DNA from: Magallana gigas
Lineage: Eukaryota
Reading direction: 5' to 3'
Assembly (NCBI RefSeq): GCF_963853765.1
Contig: NC_088859.1
Location: 3,596,001-3,660,000, forward strand
DNA length: 64,000 nucleotides
Shown here: piece after piece, positions 48,101 to 59,330 of the stretch
Layout of the letters: each line of letters starts with the position of its first letter
Numbering within the stretch: position 1 is the first letter of the stretch
Notes under the pieces: generated by a model
Told to the model about the DNA's origin: nothing
Database searches by the model: none
Seen by the model: the letters and a program-made list of their open reading frames with translations, nothing else
Made by a program: the position numbers and the translations under genes

Positions 48101-51100
48101 ATTCACTCATAAAAGAGACCATTTATATCTAGAGGACACACATCTCGGATAATCACTGACCGTGGTCACAAGCTTCATAGAATTCAGCTGCATTTCGCTA
48201 ATGTTTTCCACAAAGAAAGGAGACACTCCTAATGTAGATAACTGAAAGTGAAAATAAACAAATCAATGAGAATTTCTATAAACAATCCTCTTATCAATAC
48301 ATTGTATACAAGTATATTGATTCATCAGGCCATTAATGAGTGTTTACCTGTAGGATGGTGGTGTCTGTGAGTTCCTGGATGTCCACAAGCTCGGCCAGCT
48401 TCTCTATCATGTCTGAGATTTTGTTGAACAGATTAATGGTAGACTTGTGCTTCACTTGAGCAGCTCTGGCCCTCTTGGCCTTCAAACTCCCATGAAATCC
48501 ATCTGCAAAATACAAGATAAAGAACATGTGCAGAACCAGAAAATTATCATGAACATTAAATACATGCAAATCTTGATTTTTGGATCCTAGTTTTACTTCA
48601 CTTACCCTTTGCTTTGGGATCAATTTTGTATACTGGATCAAATTCTGGGAAGATAGTGTTTTGTAGCTGGAATTTCCCGTACAGTATAATCCTCTCGATG
48701 ACGTCCTCCAAGTACACCTGTTTGGGCATGTCTGGTGAGGTCATGATGTGGAGGGCAATGAGGACCGAGTTCATGCTCCTCAGGACTCGCTCCATGATGA
48801 GACTCCTCCACAGCCTCTGCTCCTCCTCATCCTCATCCTACCAATATTCACAATAGAAATCAGATTTCAATCATTTCATTAACTTCAGATGTTCCATTTT
48901 ATAATTTTCATAATATCAAAATATAAATTTACAAAGTAAAATAGAAATGCATATACATGTAGTTTAAACTTTACACAGCATTTTCATGAATCAAATACAA
49001 AATTTGAGTATTTCTGGTGTGCTAGTCTTTTAAGTGACTACATGTACAAAGACAGTAACTGTGCAAGAATGGTAAAGAGCCTGTTGTCCTACCTGGCCTT
49101 GGTTAGCGATAGGTGTGACTTTGGTTCCGTCTCGTATATTCCACTGTAGTACTGTCAACAGCTTCACCAGTCTGTCAGCAGGCACCTGTTGTAGAACAAA
49201 CATAACAATTTAATTGACCTAACTGTAACTGTCATCTGATACAAGGTTATCAATGGTCTAAGTACAACTATTCTTAATGAACCAGAGTACAGAGAGCATC
49301 AACAACTCACTTATTCTACAATGTAGTTTGATATGCAGTCACATGTCCATCAGTTTATTTGAGTTTGCCCCGAAACATGGAGATCATATTTTAATATTCA
49401 AATCCTACCTGATTCATGACTCCTAAAGACTTGAGTTTAGCAGTTTCTCCACACAGATCATTCAGAAGATTGTTTGCAATCAGACTCTCAGTTGGACACT
49501 CCACATCATCATCGTCTGAAACATTTGATTTTGAATAGAATTATTTTCATTAAAAAAACAAAAACACATTTACTTTTAACATATCTTGCAGTACTAGTAC
49601 TGTGGAATCATTTTTAATTGTGGGGGTCAATGTTCATGGGTAGCCAAAATTTTCTTCGTCATGGGGATGTAATTTTGTTGGTGGTGTAATCATAATAATT
49701 TTGATAAATATTAAACAAAAGATTTTGTATAGGTTCGTGGGGATGTAAATTCATGTGCAAGGGTTACCCATGAAAGCCATGAATATTGGTTCCACACAAA
49801 CAATGCTGAATCCACAACATCTAAAATTATTACCAAACACATTTACATGTATGTAGCTTATACATAGATATTATTCATTTAAATGTAGTAATTTGTAAAG
49901 ATATCAGACCATATACATGTTGATGGAGTTTTACTCACTTGGGTTCAGGGATCCGAAGTTGGTGTCCTCAGACGCCTCCAAGATATACTCCATAGAGGCA
50001 CTGAACTTCTTGAAGGTCGGACTCTCCAGTAACTCCTCCACAGACAGGGACTGCTGGTTCACACGCCGGTGCCGTTTTTCCTTCTTCTTCTTTCTTGAAA
50101 CTATAAGTTAAATAATACCCAAAAACTCTTAATTATACAGAGAAAAACTCCCAATGCAATATTTTAACCTATTTCTCATTTTTAATATACCAATTTTGTC
50201 ATTTATGCATTCTACACTAGAGCGGCCACACAGAGGGGCCTCCTCACCTTCCGCCTGGGAGTCGGAGTCGCTGTCACTGTGACGTCTCCTCCGCTTGCCT
50301 CGGTCATCATACTCCTCATCACTGTCGTACCTTCTTCCTGCTAATCAAATACAATCACATCATCATAATATTCTTCTGCCTAGTAATGTCAAAGATGGAC
50401 ATCTTCCAAACAGTCAATTTACTGATTTAAATTCATATACAGTGTGCGATACACAAATGTCAGAAAACCCACCTCTTTTCTTGCTTTCCTTTGTTTTTAC
50501 TGAGCCTCCATGCTGTATGGACTTTAAAGTCTGGAGGGGGAAAGGCAAAATTGTTAAATTTTACTAGAAAACATTTTTAAAGAAATATAAAGTTTGAAAG
50601 TTGTCAATAATTACAAAGACACATATATTCTCATTTCTGATTGTATTCTGAAAGTGCTTGCAATCAACACTTCATTCTGTAAAACTTTTGTTGTTTAAGA
50701 TTTAAAAAATTCAAAATATTTAATTCCAATGTTCAGTAGGAAATATACATAACACTTTATATTGAATAAAACAAAGAGCATATAGATATCATAATTTGTA
50801 TCATCAATAAACACATCCACCAAAAGGCAACACTAATTACAAAGTACCACTACAGAATAATGTGGCCATATTGTTCAAACAAAAAATAAAACAAAAGAAA
50901 AGTAACTCAACGATATATATATCCATGATGAGTTCAGAAAAACAATACCTTGCTTCTTGTTTGTCTATCGAGAACCTGAAAATCAACCTCAATGACAATG
51001 ACTTTGAATGGCATTGATGTCCTATTGTAAATGTTTATGGATGTACTGTTGTAAATGTTTATGTTAAATCATTTAATACCTGTGTTTATTGTAATACTTT

Positions 51101-53566
51101 AACTACTTCGTGAAATTGTTTTAAGCCGTTATGTGTATTCTGTAATTACAGAAAGTCATACTATATCACAGACACCCCGATCGTATTATGTTTAAAAGGG
51201 AAATTACTATGTTAATATTTAGAAATGGCACATCTTGTTTTATAAACAATGTTTCTGTGTTTATCTTGTATTATTACATGCTTTTTTGGATATATATTAC
51301 TCTGTATAGCAAGTAAATAGTGACCTGGTTATGAAGTTGTTTAAATCAGGGTCATTAGTAAACATCTGATAGATATAAATTAGGTTTAAGTGAGAGTTAA
51401 GACAGTTGAGTCGGATTTGTCTGTACAATTAAGAAGTATAGAAAGTGGACCTAGGTGTTGACACTAGGTAAATAGGTCATCGATATCTATTTTATTGTTT
51501 CATAAAAGCTATGATAATTAATTAATATATTAGTTAATTTTATCAACAAAAGCTAATCTATGACAGTACAAATTGATACATGTAAGTCAAGAAGTTGTTG
51601 CAGTCTGTGTGACACACTTACCTGCTCATCTAGAGGTTCAAGTAACACAACAGGATGAGAACTCTTCTTTTTCTTTCTCTACAAAAGATATTGCCCGTAT
51701 GAAGTGAATGCATCATCATCACTACTTATATCATCAACTCTGTTAAATCAAATACAACAACATGTAAGTGTAAGATCAATGCTACCTCTCCATAGGAATC
51801 AGCCGAGGCTGTACTTGATGCATCTCCCGAGGCGTGAGGTGGTAGGTTCTACAACAGATAAAGCAGTCTTTAAAACTCACTGCCCCCACAATTCAGATTA
51901 TAGGATTGTGTAAAAACTTGTCAAATTATTGATATCATGATTTATAGAAGTTGAACAAGAATGTTTTTGGGCAAGCAAAATTACATAGACTTCATGAAAA
52001 CCTTCATTGTAATTTACTTGTAAATGTACAAAAGCATTCATAATGAATGTGCAGAATAAAGCACTAACCGTTAACTGTTCAAGGAGTACTATCGGTTCAG
52101 AATTCTTGAGTTTTTTCTTGTGGTAGGCACTATTGACATCTGTGTGGTTCTGTGAATCATTGTAAAAGGAGTTCTCTGCTAAACTTCCCTGAGCTGGTGA
52201 GGCAACTGTGGAAAATAGAAAGAATTTTTGTGTGTGAAAGATTAAAACAAAACAAAATACATTATTTCATAAAATGTTCAATAAAAGAACAAGCTGTACA
52301 AACTCATCAACTCACTTGTTCCCAGACTTTTTGCAGCCCCCTGGTACCCTGGGTACTGATTAGATAATTCTGGATGTTCGCCATTTACAATGCCTACAGA
52401 TACATGATATCATCAATAAGATAGGATATCGATATCCGGTGATCCTCAGATATACAGAACTCTACACAGACACAAATCATGTTAAAACTGAAGCATGAAA
52501 AATGCCATATTAAAAAGTCTGCATTTTCTTTACCTGGAGTGTAATTGCCATATGGATGCTGGTATTTGTTTGGATCCACACCCAATAAATTATTCTGGTA
52601 ATGTTGATTACCTCTACAATGAAGAAACACAATGCAATGATTTCTAGCACAATATTAACTCAAATTATGTTTTTATTACACCTTTCTTGTTTTCCACAAA
52701 ACTTGCTAGCAATTCCTACATGTATGTGATTAGTCTTTATCTGCTAGTACTTACACATTGTATCCATCCTTTTGTGACCCATTCTCATAATACTGTCGAC
52801 CTAGAAACACAAAATAATATCAAAGTAAATATGTAAATTATTCAACACAAACACATTATTTTATTTAATGGATATTTAATAAACACTTCTTTGGTTTGTA
52901 TGACTGCTAAATTATACAATATGATCTTAATGTGTGCACTTAAAATCTTAATATACCTTGAAAAATAGCTGGATCCTGGCTTAAAATAGACTTTAACAAC
53001 TCTGGAGAATTTCTGTCAATTCCCTCCCCACCTGAGGAATCTTTCAGATCCCTGTAGTGAAACACAAATATCAATGTATTAAATGAAAATATTTAAAGGC
53101 TAATGCACCAAATTCAATAATCTTTTACAATGACTGAGCCTTCAGAATGAATACAAGAACAGAGTGTTAGATGTCTCAAACAACATACAAGTGTTCTGTT
53201 GATGTCTTTCGAAGAACGCCCACTATCTGCTGTGTGAGTCCTGCATCTCGCGTCGCTAGCAGGCGCTTCGATGTCTCCTTCAGCTTATCATTATGCAGCA
53301 GAGTTTTGTTGTGTGGGGTGGACGATGTTGGGGTTGGCAATGGTAGCTCCGGTAAGACTGAAGGCAAGTGATAAGGAGATTCAAATTTCAGATTTTATTG
53401 TTTCAGCTTAATATGGATGAACAGACAAAACTTCAATAATCAATCCCTACAATAAAACCATCATTGTCTATTGTCTAGGATATCAACTAAGAAGAGACTT
53501 ACGGTCAGTAAGACTGTGAATGCCAGCTAGTGTTGTAATTGGAACACTGGGCACATCACTATTCAT
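33122..53566 (-). CDS. NIPBL: Nipped-B-like protein (cohesin loader Scc2/NIPBL), ~1965 aa, 50 coding exons
   Basis: Starts MNSDVPSVPITTLAGIHSLTDLLPELPLP (53503-53566, 53189-53357). Further exons: 52957-53051, 52755-52800, 52534-52613, 52316-52393, 52069-52205, 51786-51848, 51622-51678, 50949-50975, 50473-50530, 50248-50340, 49939-50100, 49409-49515, 49093-49185, 48606-48837, 48348-48502, 48161-48241, 47974-48074, 47491-47662, 47289-47371, 47049-47178, 46776-46919, 46591-46644, 46238-46324, 45855-46048, 45640-45742, 45453-45551, 43616-43762, 43324-43458, 43138-43242, 41921-41974, 41708-41819, 41304-41440, 40960-41094, 39626-39719, 39342-39493, 39085-39175, 38887-38993, 38702-38768, 38533-38587, 38120-38255, 37595-37702, 37209-37415, 36899-37045, 36351-36456 (acceptor uncertain), 36080-36194, 35717-35987, 35025-35243, 33122-33355. 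Total 5898 nt in frame. Hallmarks: SVREAAVELVGRF, DTGISVRKRVIKI, GLVHPVQCVPYL, DEPLFIINQID. Confidence 0.95.
33528..33703. mobile_element. Palindromic MITE with TA flanks in the last NIPBL intron
   Basis: Arms ...gagtaccatttctcgccagtac..tgtgacgtcatttt / aaaatgacgtcaca..gtactggcgagaaatggtactc. ta|ctg...cag|ta ends. Confidence 0.75.
33905..34448 (-). mobile_element. HINE-like element with two ~181-bp tandem units
   Basis: aacaag end, ctgtca-atg-tgacag palindrome and aaccgggtttt subterminal. Units recur at 34000, 34182, 34362. ccgcccgcccgcc microsatellite and aaaacccggtt end. Confidence 0.75.
39849..40964 (-). repeat. 60-bp tandem array (18 units) built from a NIPBL exon end plus its 5' splice donor
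   Basis: Unit on the minus strand: GTAAACACACTYTCAGTCTCAGCTATGTGTAAAGACATGTCTCAGTCTYATAGAMTGATG. ATG|GTAAAC recurs every 60 bp from 40959 to 39939. Open in the NIPBL frame (ORF 39820-41052). Confidence 0.97.
42010..43140. repeat. ~98-bp degenerate tandem duplication of another NIPBL exon/donor junction, interrupted by a MITE
   Basis: Units aaagaaatcatg...gagtctgtacttgcaacgtctgttatata at ~42012, ~42110 and ~43000-43140 resemble the real junction gagcctgtacttacgacgtctgttatat at 43125-43150. Confidence 0.7.
42154..42994. mobile_element. Non-autonomous P-like TIR element
   Basis: catacatgttaacctccagtgat ... atcagtagagttaacatgtatg (~22-bp TIR, CAT...ATG). Flanks ctgtaaa / ctgtata may be a 7-bp TSD with one mismatch. 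Confidence 0.7.
43930..45105. mobile_element. Tc1/mariner (pogo-like) non-autonomous element
   Basis: ta|ccgtatattcccgcttataagtcg ... acttataggcgagtatatacgg|ta. Subterminal gacttata repeats. Confidence 0.8.
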
Positions 53567-55317
53567 GGTTACCGAAGTTGCATTATTACATCTGTAAAAC
53601 AACAAACTTACATGTATGTCTATAAAATCAACAACAAATGCATCATGTAAATGTATAGCATCATTGTGCGATAGCTTCAGCAAGAGACACACAAATTACT
53701 CATGAAAAACAAACTTTAGAACTTTACAACACTTAAACTGGTAAAGTTATAATGTTGTTAGGTACAACACTGAATCTTTTATACATCACATCAACAGGAC
53801 AATAACAACTTTCTTCGGTCATTTTGCAGTCTGCGCAACATTACACTAGGTATTTTGATAATTAAAAGTCTGTCTTATAAAATGAGATAAATTTTATCAC
53901 TCATATTCATTTTGAATCAAAATAAAACAACAGCATTTTACACAATAACTCGGCATATCATCTTTAAATAGCGTTCAAAGAGCAAAACACGAGATGCTAC
54001 CGAAAGATGAAGATGCCAGAATGTTCAGTGGAAATATAGTGCCTTTCAAACTCGTATGAACGTCAGTAAACACTTATCATTGATTGTGTATAGGGATGTA
54101 CATCTCAAAATGACATTTTCTTGTAATTTCATCAAGCTTTCAACTGTCTCCGAAACTAAATTCGCTTATAGCTTTTTCTTACCTGTTCAACCCTATAATT
54201 TAAATCGGGTATTTTGCAAGTTACGATTGTTAAATGAACTTTGAATATTTGTTGAAAGTTTCTTGTTTTTCTAATCCATCATAGAAGCTTAAATATTGAT
54301 CATTAACGCAATCGGAAGATAACTTCTGATCATAACAATGACCCGCGCCAAAAAATTACGACAGCCGAATAGCTCAGCCACCATTAAATGCGCTTGGGTA
54401 AAAAGTCCGTAAACAATGGAAATTGTGCCTTAAGCAGCATTTTTGGCAAAAACTTTGTATAATTGTTTAACTCAAAAGTAAACTTTGTTTTATTTACCCG
54501 TTTTAACGAGAAAACCCCAATATATGACATCGTTAATTGAAAAACGCGCATGGATATCCTAACGAGGTCACACATGTAAATAGTCCTATCCGGGCACTTG
54601 CAAATCAAAATGGCTTCTCTCAGGCGTAAACAACTCGCGTTTTTCCTGTGGTTAAGTTTGGGGCAACATGTTTTTACTAAATTAAGAGCGTAAAACACGT
54701 CACATTGTTTTATGTGACTGATCAAATCTACTTGATCACTTTTTACGAGTAGAATGTGTAACCTTGACCCTCTTCCAAATAAAAGATTTTCTTTAATTGT
54801 ATGCCTAACGGTTCATAGGAATAGGGGGGGGGGGTGATGTTGTATAATACATTTGTATACATACTCTTAGATTTTTCGATTGTGGTGGTGTTAAATAGAT
54901 CAATCTAATCATTATTCCTTTGTCAGTTTTTGTAATATATCTGTATATTATAGTATTTATTATAAATTATTCTGGTTCTTTCCGGTACTAGCCGATTGAA
55001 ACTAAATTAATACCCTACAACATGACACAAAACTAATACCGAAAAACGTTTACGTCATTTCAACGAAAACTTATCAAAAACCTAGGCGTCGGAAACGTGG
55101 TTTTTTTTTTTGGCAAAGTTAAAAACCTAATCATCGGGCACATAGCAACAGAGAGGGGCTATAGCACCCCCACCTAGCTCTACCCCCTTTTTCTCGCAGA
55201 AAACATATTGTCTTAAATTTATATAATTATAGAATTAAAGTATTACGAAGCTGCCGCCCTTGGAAAATAAGGAAATATAAATTGAAAATTGCTTTTATAG
55301 GTATACTAGCATTACGT

Positions 55318-56153
55318 TATGGCGGCAGGTCAAATTCACACTAAATGAGCTAATCATAGTTTCACACTCGATAAACTAGGTTTATCGACTGTTAACTATA
55401 GTTTACGGATCGTAAACTATAGTTACCGACGTTAATCTATATTTCACATCTGTAAACTATAGTTAACGCGATAATCTATGTCTTCATATCTGTAAACTAT
55501 AGTTAACACTGAAAACAATCATTTGCAGTTGTTAAACATAGTTTATCTTATAAATGGGGTTTTATGATCAATAAACTACGGTTTACAAATCTAAAGCACG
55601 CCAAATCCACATAAATTAGCAAAACATAGTTTCACAGTCGATAAACTAGGTTCAATTTATCGGCTGTTAACTATAGTTCATTTACGGATCGTAAACTATA
55701 GTCACCGACGTTAATCTATATTTCACATCTGTAAACTATAGTTTACAAATGCAAATCTATGTTTTCTGTGTGGAAATACACGTTAACAATAGATTTTGCT
55801 GATAAATATAGATTCACATCTGTAAACTATAGTTTACATTCGTAATCTATAGTTTAGAGTTGATAGATATAGTTTCACGATTGTGAAACTATATTTATCA
55901 GATAAACTATGTTTTACAATCGTTAATTATAATACAATTTGCATTCGTGAACTATAGTTTAGAGTTGTTAATCATAGTTTCACAATGGTGAAACTATATT
56001 TATCAGATAAACTATGTTTAACAATTGCAAATGGTTGTTTTCAGTGTTAACTATAGTTAATAGATGCGAAACATAGATTATCGCGTTAACTATAGTTAAC
56101 AGACGTGAAATATAGATTAACGTTGTTAACTATAGTTTTCGATCTGTAAACTA
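55318..56153. repeat. TATGG-initiated element composed of ~21-bp palindromic gtaaactatagtttac-type units
   Basis: Begins tatggcggcaggtcaaattcac. A second gcacgccaaat start-like motif lies at ~55595. Dense aactatagtt cores in both orientations. Confidence 0.7.
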
Positions 56154-56639
56154 TTTGTTATAACAGATTAGTAATTTGTTATAACAAATTAGTAATTTGA
56201 TATAACAGATTATCAATTTGTTATAACAGAATAGTAATTTGTTATAACAGATTAGTAATTTGTTATAACAGATTATCAATTTGTTATATCAAATTATTAA
56301 TTTGTTATAACAGATTATAATGTAGCAGGTCAGTGCCGTATAGGTTTTTATCAGTACTTCGCGTTGTGTTTATTTTTGTTTTGAGACCGAAATTTGACCT
56401 CTACATTACCAAACTTTACTAAATTATAAATAAGGTATGAAAACGACTTTACTCTCAATATAGATAAACCAGATATAATAAACCAAACCCAAAGTAAATG
56501 AAAACCAAGATTAACAACCCTTTATAAATTTATTATAACAAAATAAGAACACAAGGCAATAGCATATACTTAAAATCCCCAAACCCTAAAACCTAACTTT
56601 AACAGGGACCTAAATAGACAGACGAGACGGGCCGGGACT

Positions 56640-56780
56640 CAGGAGAAAAGTAGCTAGCGAAACCAGCTGTCTCCCTCCCCCTCTCTGCTTCAGGAGAAAA
56701 GTAGCTAGCGAAACCAGCCGTCTCCTTCCCCCTCTCTGCTTCAGGAGAAAAGTAGCTAGCGAAACCAGCCGTCTCCTTCG
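56640..56780. repeat. 51-bp tandem repeat (~2.7 copies) inside each LTR (also at 59923-60063)
   Basis: caggagaaaagtagctagcgaaaccagc recurs at 56640, 56691 and 56742. Confidence 0.9.
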
Positions 56781-57713
56781 TCAAATAAGGACTTACATGG
56801 GTTTATATATGGGACAGAACAATAGACAAATGTCATTAAAGTTATTGGCTATCGTATAAAGTGGGCGTTACCAAAGTAATAGAATAAATCGCATTGGGAT
56901 CGGAATACGAATAATAATAAATAGAAACGAAATCCCGATCTACCACATTCCTCCCCCCTTAAAGACAAATGCTATGCATTTGACTAAAATCAAGTGGTGC
57001 ATTTCAATCAAATTTCCCTCAAAAACATACATAATGCAAAATAAGCAAAACATAATCAGGTGAATATGTCACATTGCTAAGTTCACCGTGGCTTCACAGT
57101 ACCAGTCTCCATGGTCCTCAGCAATCACGAATTGGAACACATTCCGGAATATAATACTATAGGTATAACACAACATTTACACACGATAATCACAAACTTC
57201 ACGGATTCCAGAATGAACACAGTGGATACCGGTAAAACATCGGATATTATGAAGGCGATCAGACACTTGAAATATATGGAGTTGAATGTATCAGGTTCCA
57301 GTCCATTTCCAAATTTTGCATTGGTCAACATGGTGTCTGGATAAACTGCAATAAAACTGGTGAATACGTGGTCTGGAAAATCAAGAAAAATTATTAATAA
57401 ACATGTCATAAATATCATAACGGAATCCATATATCAAATCATCACACAGAACACAAAACACGGAACTTTGCAGTACATTAAAGTATTATGTTTACACGGG
57501 TTATTAACAGGCATACTATCCCAGTTTTGTCAACAAGATCGACAGAGGATAGTTACTGTTAGACTAACCTACTAGATTTACGCGTGTTTAATATCCTATC
57601 AAATTTTACAAAAAAATCTAATTTAGTTTATAAGCCACAAAAATAAACAAATCAACGAACACGTAAATGCTACATCGCTCTAACTTTCAACTGACATTGT
57701 AATATAAACACAT

Positions 57714-59330
57714 TTAGCCAATTCCCTTCGGATGCTCGGGTCGGCAGTAAGGGTACAATACTGGGCTGACGGGCTTGTACATAGAAGTAGTACCCACGAA
57801 CGACAACTGTAAGGGGATTTCACCGCTCAGACAAGAATTAACTTTACCAGGGGGAACAGTTCTTCCATCATGCTTCCATTCCAGGACAGAATTTGCCATG
57901 TGCTCGTTCTCTCTCTTTTCTGTAAAATCTGAACAAGTCTGAGAGTTTGGTATAAAAACATTTGCTTCGGGGTTCAAAGTTGACAACATAACGCCATTAT
58001 CACTTAAATGGGAAACCGTTTCAGTCTGTAACTCAGTGTCAGAACACTCGGATTCATCTATTACAGAATTACATGTAGAACTGGACTTAAAGTCAAGAGG
58101 CACATCGTGTGTTGTAGTAATTTCACCAAGACATACATTTTCTTCGGAACATTGAACTTTACCCTGCGTTCCACCAGTTTCTGTTTGGTTCTGCGACTCT
58201 ACCTCTACCTCGAATGGTCGACTGTGTTCGGTAAGGTTTGAACGGCCTGAAACTAATGACCCGACCATGGCATTAGTCCCTGAAAGTTTTTCGAGAGTAA
58301 GAGTTGTTTCTAACGAGCTTAAATTTTCAGAACAATGACCAACCAGATGGCACGATTTACTGATAATTTTATGGGAAAAGTTTCTGCAAACAGACGTGTT
58401 TGAATTCTGTAAAGACTCAACTTCATCAACATAATGTTCGCAAAACGCTTTCTGAATTTCTTCCCTAATAGATGCTTTTAAAGCATTAAAATCGCTGTCA
58501 CTTGTGTGAACTAAAACAGGCATTTGGTTTGCGACAAAATTACTTACGAAACTCTCATATTCTATTGCTAGACCTATCGCTTTCTCAATTGTGGAGGGAT
58601 GTTAAAACTGAACATGCTTTTGCAAATCAATATCCCCTAAACCAAAGATAAACTGGTCAACAATATGAGGTTCTAAGTATTTATAGGGAATATGTGGATA
58701 CGATTTTAAGGCTAACCTTTTCAAAGCATAACCAAAATCTTCGACTGTTTCCCCATTTTGTCTACGCGCTGTTTTAAACTCAACTTGGTAAGCTTTCACG
58801 TTTTCTCCGGGATTGAAATAGTTTTTACAAATTTCTTTTAAAACATCATAATTGTCAGACTTTGTCAAAGGAATTTCGGATAACACATGTCTTGCAGACC
58901 CCCGTAAACTCATAATAAGCTGACTTGCACATTCTCTCTTACTCCACCCATTCCACTTAGCAACCTGTTCAAACTGAATGAAAAATTCATGAATATCAAA
59001 ACTACCATCAAATGTTGGCGACTTAATTTCTTTCCTATACTTTGAATGACGTGTCTGTGCCAAATAATTGTCAGATTGCACGTGCGTTCGATTCTCTCTA
59101 GCTGTCTGACGTACATTTTCAAAAGCAAAACCATTTTTAAAATACTTCGTTTTAAGCTCTTTCTCTAAAAAATCACACTTTGCTGATAACTCTTCTATCC
59201 GTCTATCAATAGTATTTACTCTAACTTCGTTGGACTTATCGGAACTTTCATAAGGGACACCATTCCCGGTCTGAATATGTGCTGGGGGATAATTTCTCTC
59301 ACGCAAAAATTCTCCATCAACTCTAAACAT
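57714..59330 (-). CDS. Retrotransposon Gag split by one in-frame TAA at 58602-58604
   Basis: FDGSFDIHEFFIQFEQVAKWNGWS...QLIMSLRGSARHVL...FKTARRQNGETVEDF...IVDQFIFGL is Gypsy-type capsid. The same frame continues after TAA as HPSTIEKAIGLAIEYESF into ORF 57714-58523. Confidence 0.8.

Noticed and set aside
56599-56784. Identical 61-aa ORF in both LTRs
   Set aside because: Arises from the 51-bp LTR repeat, starts at a non-ATG codon, and has no protein signature.
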